Shown here piece by piece: positions 33,681 through 41,731 of a stretch of 41,731 nt of DNA. Origin of the DNA: Patescibacteria group bacterium. Lineage in GTDB: Bacteria; Patescibacteriota; JACMRA01. Each line of letters starts with the position of its first letter. The stretch's first letter is position 1. The DNA lies in contig JBBSJV010000001.1 of NCBI GenBank assembly GCA_038256935.1, forward strand, positions 1 through 41,731, written 5' to 3'. Position numbers and translations under genes: made by a program. A model generated the notes under the pieces. That model saw nothing but the letters and a program-made list of their open reading frames with translations, was not told the origin of the DNA and made no database searches.

Positions 33681-35126
33681 TTATCTCAGAAAATCCTGCA
33701 AGCTATCAAGTAGAGCTTGAGTAAACCAATTTACTCTCTCAGTGTAGTTTGTAAACTCATCAAAAGAGCTGCCTCCAGGGCTAAATAGAATGCTTAGTTG
33801 AGTGTCATGGGTTTGGGATTGTAGCCACGAAGTAAGTTCAGTTTCCCATTTTTCTTGATCTTTTAATAATCCCTGACCGCTTAAGGGGTGGCCTGTGAGT
33901 TTGGAAATCGTCCCGCCAACTGTACCAAATAAATTAACCCCCACCAATTGTTTGGAAAAAGTTTGGAATTGAGTTTGCAGATTTTCCAGCTCACCTCCTT
34001 TGTCTATCCCGCACATTATCAGCCATAAATTATCTCCAAGTGAAGCAACGGTAGAGATGGCAGCTGCTACGGCATCGGGTTCGGTTGCATATCCATCGTC
34101 GATGATTTTGAGCTGGATTTTGGCTCCGTTACTATTTATAATTTCCCTATCCAGTAGGATTTGTTGCCTGTGATCAAGACCTTTGAAAAGATTCAAAGTA
34201 GTTTGCAAAGTGGCTTGATTTTTTTCTAAATACTCGATTATTTCAGACTCGTTGAAATTTCCTTGAGTCATGGCAAGGACTGAAAGTGCTAAGGCTGAGT
34301 TTTGGATGAAATGATTTCCTGGACATGGAAGGATAAACAGTTGACTAACTGAGTCTGTGATTTGATTATCAACGTTGATACCTTTATTTAAACTATCTAG
34401 GTTTTGGGTTCTTGAAACAACTGGGTTTGTGAAAACTAAATGATCATGTTGGTTTTGATTCACAAAAATCTGATCTTTACTGTTCCAGTATTCTTGGGGG
34501 CTTGCGTGTTGGTCCTGATGATCTACGTAATAATTAGTAATGACTGAAAGGTGAGGGGAGATTTTACTATAACCTAGATCTTGTAGTTGAAATGAGGATA
34601 GCTCAATAACAATCCATTCGTGGCTACTTGGTTGCCAATGCAGATCGCTCCATAAAGAATAGGGGCTGATACCTGTGGTGTTTCCAACGTAATGAGAGCT
34701 GTGATTAGCTAGAGATTTGAGTAGATGATCGGTAAGACTGGAGGTAGTGCTTTTACCTTTTGTGCCTGTGATCCCGATAATATTATCTTTGAATCTATCT
34801 ATAAACCAAGTAAGAGATGAAACAACCTTATCCTGTCCATAATTTTCTCTAAATTCTTTTAATTCAGGCAAATTGGACCAAATCCCTGGAGCTTTGATAA
34901 TCAGATCAGGGTTGTGGTCTAAAGCCAAGCGTAAGTAATTAGCACCTCCAAAGTATTGAACGTTAGATGCAATGTTTTCAGGTCTAATTGGTTTTTGATC
35001 AGCTATTAATATCAGCTCGCTCGGGTAATTTATTACTTCACTAAGCCAATTATAAAAACCAGAAAGCTCTGAACCAAAGCCTAATAATAGCAGTTTTTGA
35101 TCGTGGTGCTCTAAAATGTTTTGCAT
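33681..35126 (-). CDS. murD: Mur ligase family protein, MurD-like
   Basis: N-terminal Rossmann-like LLLLGFGSELSG. P-loop GITGTKGKSTTSSL. The equivalent of the MurD DDSKATN motif reads IDDGYATEPDA. Confidence 0.75.
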   Translation of the reverse strand: MQNILEHHDQKLLLLGFGSELSGFYNWLSEVINYPSELILIADQKPIRPENIASNVQYFGGANYLRLALDHNPDLIIKAPGIWSNLPELKEFRENYGQDKVVSSLTWFIDRFKDNIIGITGTKGKSTTSSLTDHLLKSLANHSSHYVGNTTGISPYSLWSDLHWQPSSHEWIVIELSSFQLQDLGYSKISPHLSVITNYYVDHQDQHASPQEYWNSKDQIFVNQNQHDHLVFTNPVVSRTQNLDSLNKGINVDNQITDSVSQLFILPCPGNHFIQNSALALSVLAMTQGNFNESEIIEYLEKNQATLQTTLNLFKGLDHRQQILLDREIINSNGAKIQLKIIDDGYATEPDAVAAAISTVASLGDNLWLIMCGIDKGGELENLQTQFQTFSKQLVGVNLFGTVGGTISKLTGHPLSGQGLLKDQEKWETELTSWLQSQTHDTQLSILFSPGGSSFDEFTNYTERVNWFTQALLDSLQDFLR

Positions 35127-35180
35127 TTTTTTACTAAAGGTGATTTATGATAATTTGTAAATAACCCCATCAATTCAAAG

Positions 35181-36155
35181 CTAGTTCCTATTTGGTGTAA
35201 TCTGTACAGTGTTTCCTGAATTGGAACTTGGCACGTCGCCTACATTTGCTCTGACAAAGTAAATTATCATTTGAACTATTGTGGCTGCAAGTAGGGTAAT
35301 GACTAAGCCGATTACAGCATTTTTGATAGCTTCTTTAGCTTTTTCTACTTGTTTCTCATCACCATTTGAAGTCATCCAGTAATAGCCCCCAAGGACAAAG
35401 AAGAATACGGCAATTACAGAAGAAAGTGGTATCAAAAATCCATTTATGACAGTGACTGCAAGGCCTAATATTCCATCAATCTGGACTCCAAATTCATCTC
35501 CACCGGCACCTAATACATCTTGGACAAAGCCAGTGATTGCAAAAGCAAGTAAGATTACTACAAGGCCAGTGACTCCAGCTTTGACAGTATCTAAACCATC
35601 TTTTTGATCACCAGGAAGACCTGCAAACATATATTTGTACCCACCCCAAATGATTACCAGCACTGCAACGACCGATGACAAAGGAAGTAAGATACCTCTG
35701 ATAATATCATCTTCGATTAATGAGGTAATGCCATCAACATTAAAACCATCTTCAGTAACAGCTCCCCCAATAATCTCTCTAATGAATCCTGCAGATAAAA
35801 CGATTACTAAACCAATTGCTCCAGAGATAATGGCTTGTTTTCCAGCCGCGGTATCTCCAGTAAAACCACCAAAAAAGTACTGATAACCTCCCCATATAAA
35901 GACAAGGGTAGCCAGTATTCCTGAGATCCCTATTGCAAAACTGATTAATTGATCTACTAAAGCATTATCCTCACTACACCCTGCTTGAGAAGAAAACACA
36001 CATTCAACACCCAAGATATTCAAATCACTAATAGTTTGAGCCTGAACCTGTACAGAAGCTATTGTTAAAGCAAAACTCAGCATGAAGAAAAAAGCCAAAA
36101 ATGATTTTAGATTTGGTGTCATTAATTGATTGAGTTTGGTAAATAATTTGATCAT
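35181..36155 (-). CDS. Membrane protein made of three tandem VirB2/TrbC-pilin-like modules
   Basis: Signal peptide, then three repeats of [TM - WGGY(Q/K)Y(F/M)F.G / LGGYYWMTS - charged loop - TM]. Confidence 0.65.
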   Translation of the reverse strand: MIKLFTKLNQLMTPNLKSFLAFFFMLSFALTIASVQVQAQTISDLNILGVECVFSSQAGCSEDNALVDQLISFAIGISGILATLVFIWGGYQYFFGGFTGDTAAGKQAIISGAIGLVIVLSAGFIREIIGGAVTEDGFNVDGITSLIEDDIIRGILLPLSSVVAVLVIIWGGYKYMFAGLPGDQKDGLDTVKAGVTGLVVILLAFAITGFVQDVLGAGGDEFGVQIDGILGLAVTVINGFLIPLSSVIAVFFFVLGGYYWMTSNGDEKQVEKAKEAIKNAVIGLVITLLAATIVQMIIYFVRANVGDVPSSNSGNTVQITPNRN

Positions 36156-36156
36156 A

Positions 36157-36678
36157 TTATATTAAAAATTCACTTAGATCAGCCCCTGTAATTGCTCCTT
36201 CTGGATCCAAGAAACCTAAGATTAAAAAGATTATGAAATAAAAAGAAATTATCATGAAAAATCCAATTGCCGAGTTTGTCAGCCATTTTTTTGCATTACT
36301 AACCTGGCTTTGATCAATTCCTCCATACATATACATTAGACCAGACCCAATCAAAACAGGGGTGATAAGATAAAAAGCAAAAGCCACAATCAGTCCATAA
36401 GCCCTAATGAATAAAGTAGGCAAAAAAGATAAAGGCAATGCTTGAGGGGTTCCATCATCATTTAGTGTGCAGCTTTGAGGAATAATAGGTAAAAATGCTC
36501 CAGGAGCTGCAAAATCATACCACTTGATTTTTTTTAATTTAAAATCCCCCTCACACTCAGCCGTTTGAGCAAAACCAGAGATACTAATAATACTCATCAG
36601 AGTTATCAAAATCCCAACTACCACCACTAGCTTCGTCAAAAGACTACTAAGATTAAATCTTACAAAAATTTCAGTCAT
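36157..36678 (-). CDS. VirB2/TrbC-pilin-like membrane protein (single module)
   Basis: N-terminal TM or signal segment. C-terminal LMYMYGGIDQSQVSNAKKWLTNSAIGFFMII module. The stop is 1 nt from the start of the next gene. Confidence 0.55.
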   Translation of the reverse strand: MTEIFVRFNLSSLLTKLVVVVGILITLMSIISISGFAQTAECEGDFKLKKIKWYDFAAPGAFLPIIPQSCTLNDDGTPQALPLSFLPTLFIRAYGLIVAFAFYLITPVLIGSGLMYMYGGIDQSQVSNAKKWLTNSAIGFFMIISFYFIIFLILGFLDPEGAITGADLSEFLI

Positions 36679-36783
36679 GATCTTCTTTATATTATAGTAT
36701 ACGATATAAAAAAACTTAGGTCAACGAAAATCACTTGACGAAGCGGGTAAAGCAACCTTGGATTCGTAAGTTAGATTATATTT

Positions 36784-38043
36784 ATGGCTATTGTTGTTTC
36801 ACTTTCAAGCAGATGGATACTTGACTCCCGTGGTTTACCAACCGTTACATGTACTTTAGTACTAGATCAGCAGGGCAAAAAAACTATAGGAACTGCAAGT
36901 GTACCGAGTGGAGCTTCTACTGGAACTTACGAAGCACTTGAGCTTAGAGATGGGGGGAAGGATTTTCATGGAAAAGGCGTCAATACCGCTGTTGATAATG
37001 TGCTTTATAAGATCGGGGATCAGATTCTTAGTAGAGAATTTAATACAGCTTTGGAACTAGATAAATATATATTAGGATTAGATCAATCCGAGAATAAAAG
37101 CGAGCTTGGAGCTAACGCAATTTTGGCAGTATCTATGGCAGCTCATAGAGCCTTTGCAAATTTGTACGGACTGGAGCTATGGCAGTACTTACGCCGGCTT
37201 TATTTCAGTGGTCTTCCAGCAGTCAATAAATTTCCAAGATTGATGTGCAATGTTGTTAATGGTGGAGTACATGCTGATAGTGGCCTGGAAATCCAAGAGT
37301 TTATGATAGTGCCAAACTCCAGAGAAATTGAAAAAGACGTTCAAATTGCAAGTGAGATCTACCACAATCTCAAAAAAATGCTCGCAAAAGACGGGCACAG
37401 CGTTTCATTAGGCGATGAAGGAGGGTTTGCTCCTCATATCAGGACTACCAAAGAAGTGCTAACTTACCTGCAACAGGCAATTGAAACAGCAGGCTATACT
37501 TCTCTTGACTGTGATTTAGCTATGGATTGTGCAGCTAGTGAATTCTATAACAGCGAAAAACAGATCTATACAGTCGATGGGCAACCATTTTCACAAACTA
37601 AACTAGTAGAATTTTATAAAAATCTTAAAGAAAACTTTAATCTTATTTCAATTGAAGATGCTTTTGCTGAAGATGACTTATTAGGGTGGGAGCTTCTTAC
37701 TGAATCCTTGGGTCAGAAATTACATTTGATAGGAGATGACTTGTTCGTAACTAATCCTGTTAGATTTCAAAAATTAGGAGTTGAAGAAGGTCTTGGAAAT
37801 GGAGTCCTAATTAAACTAAATCAAATTGGTAGTGTGAGTGAGACCTGCGAGGTGATAAATGCTGCTAAAGACAATAACTTCATCACAATTGTAAGCCATA
37901 GAAGCGGGGAAACAACTGATGACTTCATCTCAGATCTGGCAGTTGCAAGTCAAAGTGAATACATCAAATTAGGAGCTCCAGCAAGGGGGGAGAGAGTTGC
38001 TAAATACAATAGATTATTGGAAATTAAAGAGAATTTAAGCTAA
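36784..38043 (+). CDS. eno: Enolase
   Basis: ILDSRGLPTV, SVPSGASTGTYEALELRDG, SIEDAFAEDD, IKLNQIGSVSE and SHRSGETTD. Confidence 0.95.
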   Translation: MAIVVSLSSRWILDSRGLPTVTCTLVLDQQGKKTIGTASVPSGASTGTYEALELRDGGKDFHGKGVNTAVDNVLYKIGDQILSREFNTALELDKYILGLDQSENKSELGANAILAVSMAAHRAFANLYGLELWQYLRRLYFSGLPAVNKFPRLMCNVVNGGVHADSGLEIQEFMIVPNSREIEKDVQIASEIYHNLKKMLAKDGHSVSLGDEGGFAPHIRTTKEVLTYLQQAIETAGYTSLDCDLAMDCAASEFYNSEKQIYTVDGQPFSQTKLVEFYKNLKENFNLISIEDAFAEDDLLGWELLTESLGQKLHLIGDDLFVTNPVRFQKLGVEEGLGNGVLIKLNQIGSVSETCEVINAAKDNNFITIVSHRSGETTDDFISDLAVASQSEYIKLGAPARGERVAKYNRLLEIKENLS

Positions 38044-38399
38044 TGGCTGAGTTAGTATTAGATAAAGCTACTGAAGTAGTTAATTTTGCAAATCTAGATT
38101 TTATAATACAACAGATTCGTTTGAATTTAAATATAGACTCCATTATTGTGGGAGATTGTCTAGCTTTAAATCTAAAAAGTGATAATTATATTGATATTTA
38201 TGGAAATGATCATCATGTTTGTGATTTTAAATGCAACTTCGAGTTCTGGAGCAGTGGAGATAATCAAAAAGAGAAAGTAGTATTTGCTTTGTTAAAATTT
38301 TTATACTTCTTGAGTACTGAAAATCATTCTTTAGGAGCTCTCTATAAAATTTCATATACAGGAAATTCTGCATCTTCGTTATGGTTGAGTAAAGTATAA
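38043..38399 (+). CDS. Hypothetical protein (118 aa)
   Basis: Its start overlaps the eno stop codon (TAATG). No recognised motif. Confidence 0.45.
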   Translation: MAELVLDKATEVVNFANLDFIIQQIRLNLNIDSIIVGDCLALNLKSDNYIDIYGNDHHVCDFKCNFEFWSSGDNQKEKVVFALLKFLYFLSTENHSLGALYKISYTGNSASSLWLSKV

Positions 38400-38585
38400 G
38401 GAGGTTTTTATGCTGGAAATTTAGATAAAACTGGTAGTTTTTATTTGCAATTCACTTCTAGAGATATTGATTCTATGATCGACTGTCTTAAGACTCAACT
38501 GAATAAAGAATCACTTTTAAAGCTATAGTTTACTTGACCAAAGTAGAAAATTATATATTGTTACTGTAAATTGTAATATTAATTT

Positions 38586-39146
38586 ATGGGACTATTATAC
38601 GGTTTACTATTTAACATAATCACTTTTCCAGGAATCATCTCAAGAAGATTTACTACAAACATATTATTAAGTGCGTTTACAAAGGGTAAGCCTGATCCAT
38701 ATGTAGAAAAAGAAAACCTAAACAAGGAAGAGAAACAAGAAGATTTTAAACAATACATCAAGGCTAAATATACAGCCAGAATTGCTCTTATTATAACCAT
38801 CGTACCTTTGATTTCTCAAACTCTTCTGACTATCGTCTTTGCCTGTTTTAGCGCCTGGGCTTTACTTTCAGGAGGGGATGAGGAGGGAGCCATGATGAGT
38901 AATGTTGTATTATTCATGAATTATTTGAGTTTGTCTTTTGGTGTCCATGCCCTACCTAGTAAATTTGATATCCAAATCTTTAGAGCATTTAAAGATGAAT
39001 ACACTGGTTTTAAAGCCTTTACTTTAGAGTTTTTTAAAATTGTATTTATTGTAGTAAATTACCTAAAAGCTGTCTGGATCGATTTGTTTTACGCTGTTAT
39101 TATCTGGTTTATTGCAACAGAAGTTTTCAAGTCTATACTGGGTTAA
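38586..39146 (+). CDS. Multi-pass membrane protein
   Basis: Four hydrophobic helices with a charged loop (KENLNKEEKQEDFK). Supersedes the antisense ORF 38579..38800. Confidence 0.5.
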   Translation: MGLLYGLLFNIITFPGIISRRFTTNILLSAFTKGKPDPYVEKENLNKEEKQEDFKQYIKAKYTARIALIITIVPLISQTLLTIVFACFSAWALLSGGDEEGAMMSNVVLFMNYLSLSFGVHALPSKFDIQIFRAFKDEYTGFKAFTLEFFKIVFIVVNYLKAVWIDLFYAVIIWFIATEVFKSILG

Positions 39147-39242
39147 GGTCCTAGATTTAAAGCCATTTAAATAGATCAAAAATCTATCTGAAAGCAAATA
39201 CAGTTTTGACAAAATAGATGATCTAGATTGTAGTGATATTAC

Positions 39243-39320
39243 GCATTCGTAGCTCAGTTGGATTAGAGCGTCTGGTTTCGGCCCAGAAGGTCGTGGGTTC
39301 AAGTCCTGCCGGGTGCACCA
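39243..39320 (+). tRNA. tRNA-Arg (anticodon UCG), CCA encoded; the T-stem and acceptor stem each contain two G-U pairs
   Basis: Hand fold: GCATTCG TA GCTC AGTTGGATTA GAGC G TCTGG TTTCGGC CCAGA AGGTC GTGGG TTCAAGT CCTGC CGGGTGC A CCA. Confidence 0.8.
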
Positions 39321-39339
39321 TTAGTTTAAAATTAATATT

Positions 39340-39362
39340 CTCGCCATTTTGGCGGGTTTTTT
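39340..39362 (+). terminator. Intrinsic terminator after tRNA-Arg(UCG)
   Basis: CTCGCC-ATTTT-GGCGGG followed by T6. Confidence 0.65.
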
Positions 39363-39779
39363 GTTGGATAATTTGCACTTTTTAGTTTTAGACAGTTTCC
39401 TAAAAATATGATTTAATTGGATAAATTTATAAACCATATGGATGAGTTTGCTAGAAGAAATGGATCAGAAACTACAAGTTAAATCAATAGTCCACGAGAA
39501 AAAAGGGAAGCAGCAGCTTTGGTAAATACATGTAGTCGTTATAACATGTTTTTTATGCTTAACTTTTCTGAGTCAGATGCAATTAAGGTTTGTCCTACGG
39601 ATTTCGAATATGAAAGAGGTAGGCGGGGGTTGGCAAATAGTAGAGAAGTGTATCTTTCTCTAATAAAAGTTAAAATTTGTGAAAATCTTGTGAAAATAGG
39701 TTTGCTTAGAGAGCTTAAGCAAGAGGGGGGCATACTGCAAGTAAGCGGTGAGAGATAACAAATTGATAAAGCTTTTGAA

Positions 39780-40367
39780 ATGGCAGAAAATATTGTTGAT
39801 AATGATCCTTTGATAGTAGATCTTCAGAGCCGTGCAAAACAAGCAGAAATGCTAAATAAAATAAGTGAGATAATCGATGCTATACTTGATCCCATATATG
39901 AGGAAATAATGAGTAGTGAAGCAGCTGAGGATGTAGAGACTCTAAACGAAACTTCTTTTATAGAATTCAACTTATTTAAGAAACATCCTTGGTGGCTGGT
40001 TGAATATGCTTTGATTGAGGGTTTTGCAAATAAAGACAAAGCTCCATATAGCGATAATATATTATCTGATTGGCAGAAACAGTTGCTATTTAGAATTCGT
40101 AATCAAATCAGAGAAGATATTGGAATCCAAACCCTGGCTGATATGCAAGAAGCTCACAAGATTTCCATACTACGCTATGGATTTATTATCAGTTATAGAT
40201 TTAAATACTTGGTAGAACCAGTTGACTCAAACCTTTACGAACACAATTTTAGTGGGAAAAATTTTGCCAAGAAACAACATCTATTATTTGAAGACATAGA
40301 TGAGAATAAAGACATGATTTGGTCCAATATCGTACAATGCAGCACTCGCAGCCAAATTAATTCCTGA
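39780..40367 (+). CDS. Hypothetical acidic protein (195 aa); may be frameshifted at its 3' end
   Basis: Long ORF. A +1 frame stays open from 40318 to 40503 without any ATG. Confidence 0.45.
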   Translation: MAENIVDNDPLIVDLQSRAKQAEMLNKISEIIDAILDPIYEEIMSSEAAEDVETLNETSFIEFNLFKKHPWWLVEYALIEGFANKDKAPYSDNILSDWQKQLLFRIRNQIREDIGIQTLADMQEAHKISILRYGFIISYRFKYLVEPVDSNLYEHNFSGKNFAKKQHLLFEDIDENKDMIWSNIVQCSTRSQINS

Positions 40368-40660
40368 AGAAATTGTTTTTTACTACCAATACAAAAATCT
40401 TGAACTTACTGGGATCAAAAGAGAGAGTCATAATGATCCAAAAATAGGACCTTTAAATTACCTATTTGAAGAAATTGTAAAAAATCTATCTCTACAATCA
40501 TAAAAATACGATTATTTATACACTGCTAGGCCTAATACCAAACTACCTCTTGCCAACCCGCAAAAACTAAGCTAAAATCATAGTACTTTAACAGGCTGTG
40601 CAAAGGTGGTTAAAGGTTTAAAAAAGCAAATACAAGCTGATAAAACAAAAACACATACAA

Positions 40661-41731
40661 ATGAGCTTTGGCTTCAAAAGAGGTAGATTACCAAAGAATA
40701 TTCCAATAGCGGCAAAGAAGCCTACTGTTTTTGTTGCCCCACAAGCTAAACCCAAATTTACCTTACCTGACAAGGCTCAACCCACTCCAACACAAACCAC
40801 AACCCCATTTGGTAAAAGCCTGCAAGGCCTGCAACATAGCCTCCAGACTAAGCTTGATAATTTTAATCTAAACCAAACCCCCTTCAAACTAAACCAGCCT
40901 AAAGCTTCTGAAAAACCCCACTCAAATCTTTCTCCTTCATCCAAACAAAAGCAAGCCCCAAGCCCAATTAGTGCAAACTTAAGTCTTAAAAACTCCAACC
41001 TAATTACAAACCTAAAAAAACTATTCCTTAACCAAAAAAAACTAACTGCTTCTTTAATCATTGGAGTAGGAGTCCTAGCTACCATCATCTCAGCTGTTTT
41101 TTTCATTTTCTTAAATCCTGATACCGCTCAAGCCTCGGGTATTACTGCTCAGTTCACGCACAGCGAACTCAAAGGACTGGCCTCAGATACCAAGCCAGCT
41201 ATTGGTGTAGTACTTAGTACTCCTTCAGCAAATGATATTACCCTTACCTTGGCAGTCACTGGAGGAAGCGCTGTCAAAGATACAGACTACACTTTACCTA
41301 CTACCGCTATTATCCCAGCCGGTGAATCAGGGGTTAGGGTGCCTCTTACCATCTTGCCAGCACCTACAGCAACGCTTCCTGCTACAATTAATCTGTCACT
41401 GACTGCAGTATCAGGGGATGCTAATGCCGCGCTTGGAACAGGGACAAGTTTTGTCTACACTATTGTTCCAAACCCAAATCAGGCTATTACCTACCAACAC
41501 CCTCTTGGTGGTTTTGTCGATAGCCCAGTTAACCCAGTAGTCAACCTAGACGCTAGTACCATCAATCAAGCTAATAATACCACAGTAGGCCAGTGGAATG
41601 ATCTGAGCGGAAATGGCCTTAATGCTATACAAGCAACCCCAGCTAATCAACCAACCCTGCTGACAAACCAATTAGGGGGAAAGAATATATTAAGATTTGA
41701 TGGCAATGATGACCTCGTAATTGCCCACAAC
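40661..41731 (+). CDS. Membrane-anchored surface protein, 3' end outside the window: Calx-beta-like domain followed by a LamG/concanavalin-like lectin domain
   Basis: Not in the ORF track because it has no stop codon. ATG at 40661 and 357 codons open to the window edge. TM segment LIIGVGVLATIISAVFFIFL. ITLTLAVTGGSAVKDTDYTL..IPAGESGVRVPLTI is Calx-beta-like. WNDLSGNGLNA...LRFDGNDDLV is LamG-like. Confidence 0.7.
   Translation, partial: MSFGFKRGRLPKNIPIAAKKPTVFVAPQAKPKFTLPDKAQPTPTQTTTPFGKSLQGLQHSLQTKLDNFNLNQTPFKLNQPKASEKPHSNLSPSSKQKQAPSPISANLSLKNSNLITNLKKLFLNQKKLTASLIIGVGVLATIISAVFFIFLNPDTAQASGITAQFTHSELKGLASDTKPAIGVVLSTPSANDITLTLAVTGGSAVKDTDYTLPTTAIIPAGESGVRVPLTILPAPTATLPATINLSLTAVSGDANAALGTGTSFVYTIVPNPNQAITYQHPLGGFVDSPVNPVVNLDASTINQANNTTVGQWNDLSGNGLNAIQATPANQPTLLTNQLGGKNILRFDGNDDLVIAHN

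Noticed and set aside
35635-35883. 82-aa plus-strand ORF.
   Set aside because: It lies antisense within the triple pilin-like gene.
37189-37398. 69-aa minus-strand ORF.
   Set aside because: It lies antisense within eno.
38579-38800. 73-aa minus-strand ORF.
   Set aside because: It is antisense to the longer multi-TM ORF 38586..39146.
39063-39302. 79-aa minus-strand ORF.
   Set aside because: It overlaps tRNA-Arg(UCG) and the 3' end of 38586..39146.
39495-39520. GGGAAGCAGCAGC resembles the GGAAGCAGCC core of SRP (4.5S) RNA helix 8.
   Set aside because: The flanks contain no complementary 5' strand, no closing stem around a GGAA loop and no conserved symmetric-loop partner.
39519-39758. 79-aa ORF with a C-terminal LVKIGLLRELKQEGG segment that looks slightly like a winged-helix recognition region.
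   Set aside because: It has a TTG start with no RBS and is overlapped by two antisense ORFs of similar length. The motif is too weak to support a call, so I mention it only as context.
39539-40215. Short ORFs 39539..39733 (minus), 39660..39842 (minus), 39824..40039 (minus) and 40015..40215 (plus).
   Set aside because: They overlap one another, are antisense or alternative-frame to 39780..40367, and have no motifs.
39321-40560. An integrated mobile element at the 3' end of tRNA-Arg(UCG).
   Set aside because: I could not find an integrase, an excisionase or a duplicated tRNA 3' segment (att repeat) in the window.
40777-41106. 109-aa minus-strand ORF.
   Set aside because: It is antisense to the 357-codon open-ended surface-protein ORF 40661..41731, which has a TM helix and domain motifs.

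Overview
This is a low-GC (about 35% by eye), gene-dense bacterial window. It mixes housekeeping genes with many small membrane or secreted orphan proteins. The recognisable genes are parB, rsmH, recQ, umuDC, an Fe/Mn SOD, eno, a murD-like gene, cmk, rsmE, xseB, tspO, two GT4 glycosyltransferases, a NUDIX hydrolase, a MazG-like gene plus vapBC, and a stand-alone UvrC C-terminal half. The orphans include serine-rich, Cys-rich and VirB2/TrbC-pilin-like proteins. This gene content resembles a reduced Patescibacteria/CPR-type genome, but that is inference only. The standard genetic code fits: TGA terminates rsmH and the MazG-like gene at the expected C-termini. I read four tRNAs by hand: Arg-UCU, Arg-GCG, Val-UAC and Arg-UCG. 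The ORF track misses an open-ended surface-protein gene at 40661..41731. The most unusual signals are non-coding. (1) The spacer between two tRNA-Arg genes (8711..9081) is a tandem array of five GC-rich units. Two of them are identical 73-mers. The unit hairpins covary, one hairpin keeps a GUAA loop, and three units end in hairpin-CC(C)A like the tRNA they follow. (2) A dispersed family of TGTCAT-stem-loop-ATCCCC elements occurs at five intergenic loci, mostly as inverted pairs between convergent genes. One pair sits at the truncation point of a decayed ABC-exporter gene. Lesser points are a G34 tRNA-Arg, an HTH-EgtD-like methyltransferase fusion, a membrane-anchored Cys-rich microprotein, a triple-tandem pilin-like fusion and a G8 tract in a surface-protein gene. 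I saw no CRISPR array, rRNA, integrase or transposase.
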